26,800 nucleotides of DNA, taken from assembly GCF_000227275.1 (NCBI RefSeq), contig NZ_JH164965.1, forward strand, positions 1 through 26,800. Direction: 5' to 3'. The notes beneath the pieces are model-generated. The model did not search any database. It was given only the letters and a program-made list of their open reading frames with translations, and was not told the origin of the DNA. Each line of letters begins with the position of its first letter. Positions within the stretch are counted from its first letter, which is position 1. Positions 23,998 through 26,800 of the stretch are shown piece by piece. Source of the stretch: Neisseria sp. GT4A_CT1 (GTDB lineage: Bacteria; Pseudomonadota; Gammaproteobacteria; Burkholderiales; Neisseriaceae). A program made the position numbers and the translations under genes.

Positions 23998-26800
23998 TTA
24001 CGCTTCGCCTTCTGCCTGATCGGCTGAGTCCGTTGCACTCGGCTGGGCGGCTTTGTAGAGGTAAACCGTTGCCAGCGGCGGTACTTTGACGGCGAGCGAG
24101 TTGGGTTTGCCGTGCGACCAGATTTCTTCGGTTTGCAGGGTTTGTCCGGCGGATACGCCGCTGCCGTTGTAACCGGGGTCGTCTGAATTGAGGATTTCGC
24201 GGTATTCGCCGGCTTCGTTCACGCCGAAGCGGTAGCTGTCGTGGACGACGGGCGTGAAGTTGCTGATGACGATGACGCGGTTGCCTTCGCGGTCGCGGCG
24301 TTCGAAGACGAAGACGGAATTGTTGCCGTCGTCGGCGACCAGCCATTCGAAGCCTTCCGGCCATTGGTCGAGCTGGTAAAGCGGCGCGGTGTCTTTATAG
24401 ACGCGGTTCAAATCGCGCACGAAGTTTTGTACGCCTTTGTGCCAGCCGCTTTCTTGGTCGAGCAGGAACCAATCCAGTCCTTCGTTGTAGTTCCACTCTC
24501 TGCCTTGCGCGAACTCGTTGCCCATAAACAGGAGTTTTTTGCCGGGGAAACCGTACATGAAGCCGTAGTAGGCGCGCAGGTTGGCGAATTGCTGCCAGCA
24601 GTCGCCGGGCATCCGTCCGAGCAGCGAGCGTTTGCCGTGTACGACTTCGTCGTGCGAGAGCGGCAGGACGAAGTTTTCGCTGTATTGGTACATCATGCCG
24701 AAGGTCATTTTGTTGTGGTGGTATTTGCGGTTGATGGGGTCTTCCATCATGTAGCGCAAGGTGTCGTTCATCCAGCCCATGTTCCATTTGTAACTGAAGT
24801 TCAAGCCTTCCTGACGGGTTACGTTGGCGAACGAGGTGGATTCTTCGGCGATTTCGGTGGCGGAGGGGACAACCTCTTTCAGCATGGTGTTGGTATCGCG
24901 CAGGAAGGCGATGGCCTCGAGGTTTTCATGGCCGCCGTATTGGTTGGGTATCCATTCGCCGTCTTTGCGCGAGTAGTTGCGGTAAATCATGGAGGCGACG
25001 GCGTCCACGCGGATACCGTCGAAACCGAAACGCTCTATCCAATACAGGGCATTACCTTGCAGGAAGTTTTTGACTTCGTTTCTGCCGAAGTTGTAAATCA
25101 GGGTGTTCCAGTCTTGGTGGTAGCCTTCGCGCGGGTCGGCGTGTTCGTACAGCGCGGTGCCGTCAAACTTGGCAAGCCCGTGGTCGTCGGTCGGGAAGTG
25201 TCCGACCACCCAGTCGAGGATGACGCCGATGCCTTCGTCGTGGGCGGCTTTAATCAGGGCGCGCAATTCGTCGGGCGAACCGAAACGGCTGGTCGGCGCA
25301 TACAATCCAGTCGCCTGATAGCCCCACGAGCCGTCAAACGGGTATTCGGAAACGGGCAGGAATTCGATATGGGTGAAGCCCATGTCTTTGACGTATGTGA
25401 CCAATTCTTTGGCGAGCTGTTCGTAAGTCAGCCAGAAGTTGTTTTCAGGATTGCGTTTCCACGAACCCAAATGCACTTCATAAATGCTGATAGGTGCGTC
25501 AATGGCGTTGGCACGGGCGCGGAAGTCGGGTGTATCCACTTTTTCCGGCAAACCGCGCACGACAGACGCCGTATTCGGACGCAACTCTGCGCCGAAGGCA
25601 TACGGGTCGGTTTTTTGCCGAACATTGCCGTTGGCATCGCGGATTTCAAATTTGTAGAGGGCGTTGAGCTTGACGGCGGGGATGAAGATGTCCCAAATGC
25701 CGTTGTCGCGGTGGAAACGCATGACGTGGCGGCGACCGTCCCAGTTGTTGAATTCGCCGATGACGGACACGCGCTGCGCGTTCGGCGCCCATACGGCAAA
25801 GCTCACACCTTTCACGCCGTCCACTTCGGCAAAATGCGCGCCTAAAGTTTCATAAGGACGCAGGTGTTTGCCTTCCGCCAGCAACCAAGAATCCATGTCT
25901 TTCAGGGCGGAGCCGAAGCGGTATGGGTCTTCTTCGCGCACAGGCTCGGCATCTTCTGCATAACGGACGTTCAACGTATAATCGGGCGCACCTTCGGGCA
26001 ACACGGCAACAAAGAATCCGCGTTCATCGACTTTTTCAGACGACGTAATCACCTCGCCGCTTTCACGGTTGACAATATCCACGCCCCAAGCGTTCGGAAT
26101 CAGGGTTCGCACGACCTCGTCGCCTTCGGCAAGGCGGTGTCGTCCCAAATAGGCGAACAAATCGCTGTGGGTGGCAAGAAACAGGCTTTCGACCGTGTCG
26201 CGTTCGACTTGGTCAAGCTCGTGATAAGGCTTCATCCGGCTGTTTTTCTTCATGCGTACCTCTCCAATCATGGCAAGTTGGCCGCCCATCAGGCGGTTGT
26301 GGGGAAAATCTTCAAGCGCGACGGGCATTTTGCGCGCCCAGTTGGGATAACCCTCGGAAACGCCCGGCACATTCAGGTTGTCGCTCATGCCCAGCAGGTT
26401 TTCCAGCTGCACCGCATACAGTTTGCTGCGGCTCATGGCGGCATACCGGTGCAAGGCGGTTAACAGTGTTTCGTCGATTTCAGACGACATCTCGGCGTCG
26501 GGAGGCAGGCAGCCTGTGTGTTTCAACTTATCGAACAAATCCGCCTTGTCGTGTTCGCGCGCTTCCAAGGTCGTCTGAAAAGTTTCCGCATCGGGAATCG
26601 TACCCAAGCGGAACATCAAATCCAAATCCTTGCCCGTCCAATAGCCTGCCAAGGGCGCGACATCGTGCGTACTGACCACCGTAATCGCCTGTTCGGGATA
26701 TTCTTCGGGCCATTCAAAGCCGTGCCAGCCTTTGCTGAAATACACGACCTTATAAGAAAACACCTGATAACGGTTCAGCAAATACCGCGCTTGGTCGGGT
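23998..26800 (-). CDS. glgB: Continuous reading frame encoding the C-terminal part of 4-alpha-glucanotransferase (MalQ) fused in frame to 1,4-alpha-glucan branching enzyme (GlgB); 5' end outside the window
   Basis: The frame stays open to 26800 (..[17 protein letters not shown]). MalQ C-terminal motifs are [12 protein letters not shown] and [16 protein letters not shown]. With no stop in between, the GlgB N-terminus follows ([26 protein letters not shown]) and then the catalytic motifs [16 protein letters not shown] and LSHDEV. The internal ATG at 26253 is preceded by GGAGAGG. Confidence 0.85.
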   Translation of the reverse strand, partial: PDQARYLLNRYQVFSYKVVYFSKGWHGFEWPEEYPEQAITVVSTHDVAPLAGYWTGKDLDLMFRLGTIPDAETFQTTLEAREHDKADLFDKLKHTGCLPPDAEMSSEIDETLLTALHRYAAMSRSKLYAVQLENLLGMSDNLNVPGVSEGYPNWARKMPVALEDFPHNRLMGGQLAMIGEVRMKKNSRMKPYHELDQVERDTVESLFLATHSDLFAYLGRHRLAEGDEVVRTLIPNAWGVDIVNRESGEVITSSEKVDERGFFVAVLPEGAPDYTLNVRYAEDAEPVREEDPYRFGSALKDMDSWLLAEGKHLRPYETLGAHFAEVDGVKGVSFAVWAPNAQRVSVIGEFNNWDGRRHVMRFHRDNGIWDIFIPAVKLNALYKFEIRDANGNVRQKTDPYAFGAELRPNTASVVRGLPEKVDTPDFRARANAIDAPISIYEVHLGSWKRNPENNFWLTYEQLAKELVTYVKDMGFTHIEFLPVSEYPFDGSWGYQATGLYAPTSRFGSPDELRALIKAAHDEGIGVILDWVVGHFPTDDHGLAKFDGTALYEHADPREGYHQDWNTLIYNFGRNEVKNFLQGNALYWIERFGFDGIRVDAVASMIYRNYSRKDGEWIPNQYGGHENLEAIAFLRDTNTMLKEVVPSATEIAEESTSFANVTRQEGLNFSYKWNMGWMNDTLRYMMEDPINRKYHHNKMTFGMMYQYSENFVLPLSHDEVVHGKRSLLGRMPGDCWQQFANLRAYYGFMYGFPGKKLLFMGNEFAQGREWNYNEGLDWFLLDQESGWHKGVQNFVRDLNRVYKDTAPLYQLDQWPEGFEWLVADDGNNSVFVFERRDREGNRVIVISNFTPVVHDSYRFGVNEAGEYREILNSDDPGYNGSGVSAGQTLQTEEIWSHGKPNSLAVKVPPLATVYLYKAAQPSATDSADQAEGEA

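Noticed and set aside
24241-25845. 534-aa plus-strand ORF opposite glgB, plus the Arg-rich minus-frame ORFs 23987-24364 and 24395-24787
   Set aside because: They are antisense or off-frame to a gene carrying all four alpha-amylase-family catalytic regions. Their composition is dominated by V/F/G or R, with no start context.
1-26800. Search for CRISPR arrays, tRNA/rRNA genes and long simple-sequence phase-variation tracts
   Set aside because: I saw no regularly spaced direct repeats and no cloverleaf-like GC-rich segments of 70-90 nt. The only homopolymers are short ones of 9 nt or less (11146-11154 T9, 5821-5828 T8), which are mentioned under the relevant findings.

Overview
The window is Neisseria chromosomal DNA. 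It carries many copies of the DNA uptake sequence in the AGGTCGTCTGAA (AG-mucDUS) dialect, often as inverted pairs forming terminators, plus two Correia elements. From left to right: (1) the end of an IS3/IS150-like insertion sequence running off the left edge. (2) A roughly 6.9 kb Nf/MDA-type filamentous (inovirus) prophage with an HUH Rep, a ssDNA-binding-like protein, the major coat, a small membrane protein, a 610-aa pIII/TspB-like adsorption protein, a pVI-like protein, a Zot/pI ATPase and an untracked 52-aa membrane ORF. It then has a 360-nt highly structured non-coding region and an IS110-family DEDD recombinase. (3) Housekeeping genes: periplasmic alpha-carbonic anhydrase, an OFA-family MFS transporter, a small AT-rich two-gene islet, a membrane protein, ftsK and greA. 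(4) A minus-strand glycogen/maltodextrin cluster (glgP, a frameshifted glgX, and one continuous malQ-glgB reading frame) interrupted by a TetR/HlyD-adaptor pair and two inverted Correia elements. I saw no rRNA, tRNA or CRISPR. The most interesting candidate is the structured leader upstream of the prophage's IS110-type recombinase, which may encode a bridge/guide RNA for phage integration. Candidate phage origin and packaging hairpins are also reported. All functional calls come from reading motifs by eye. No database search was run.
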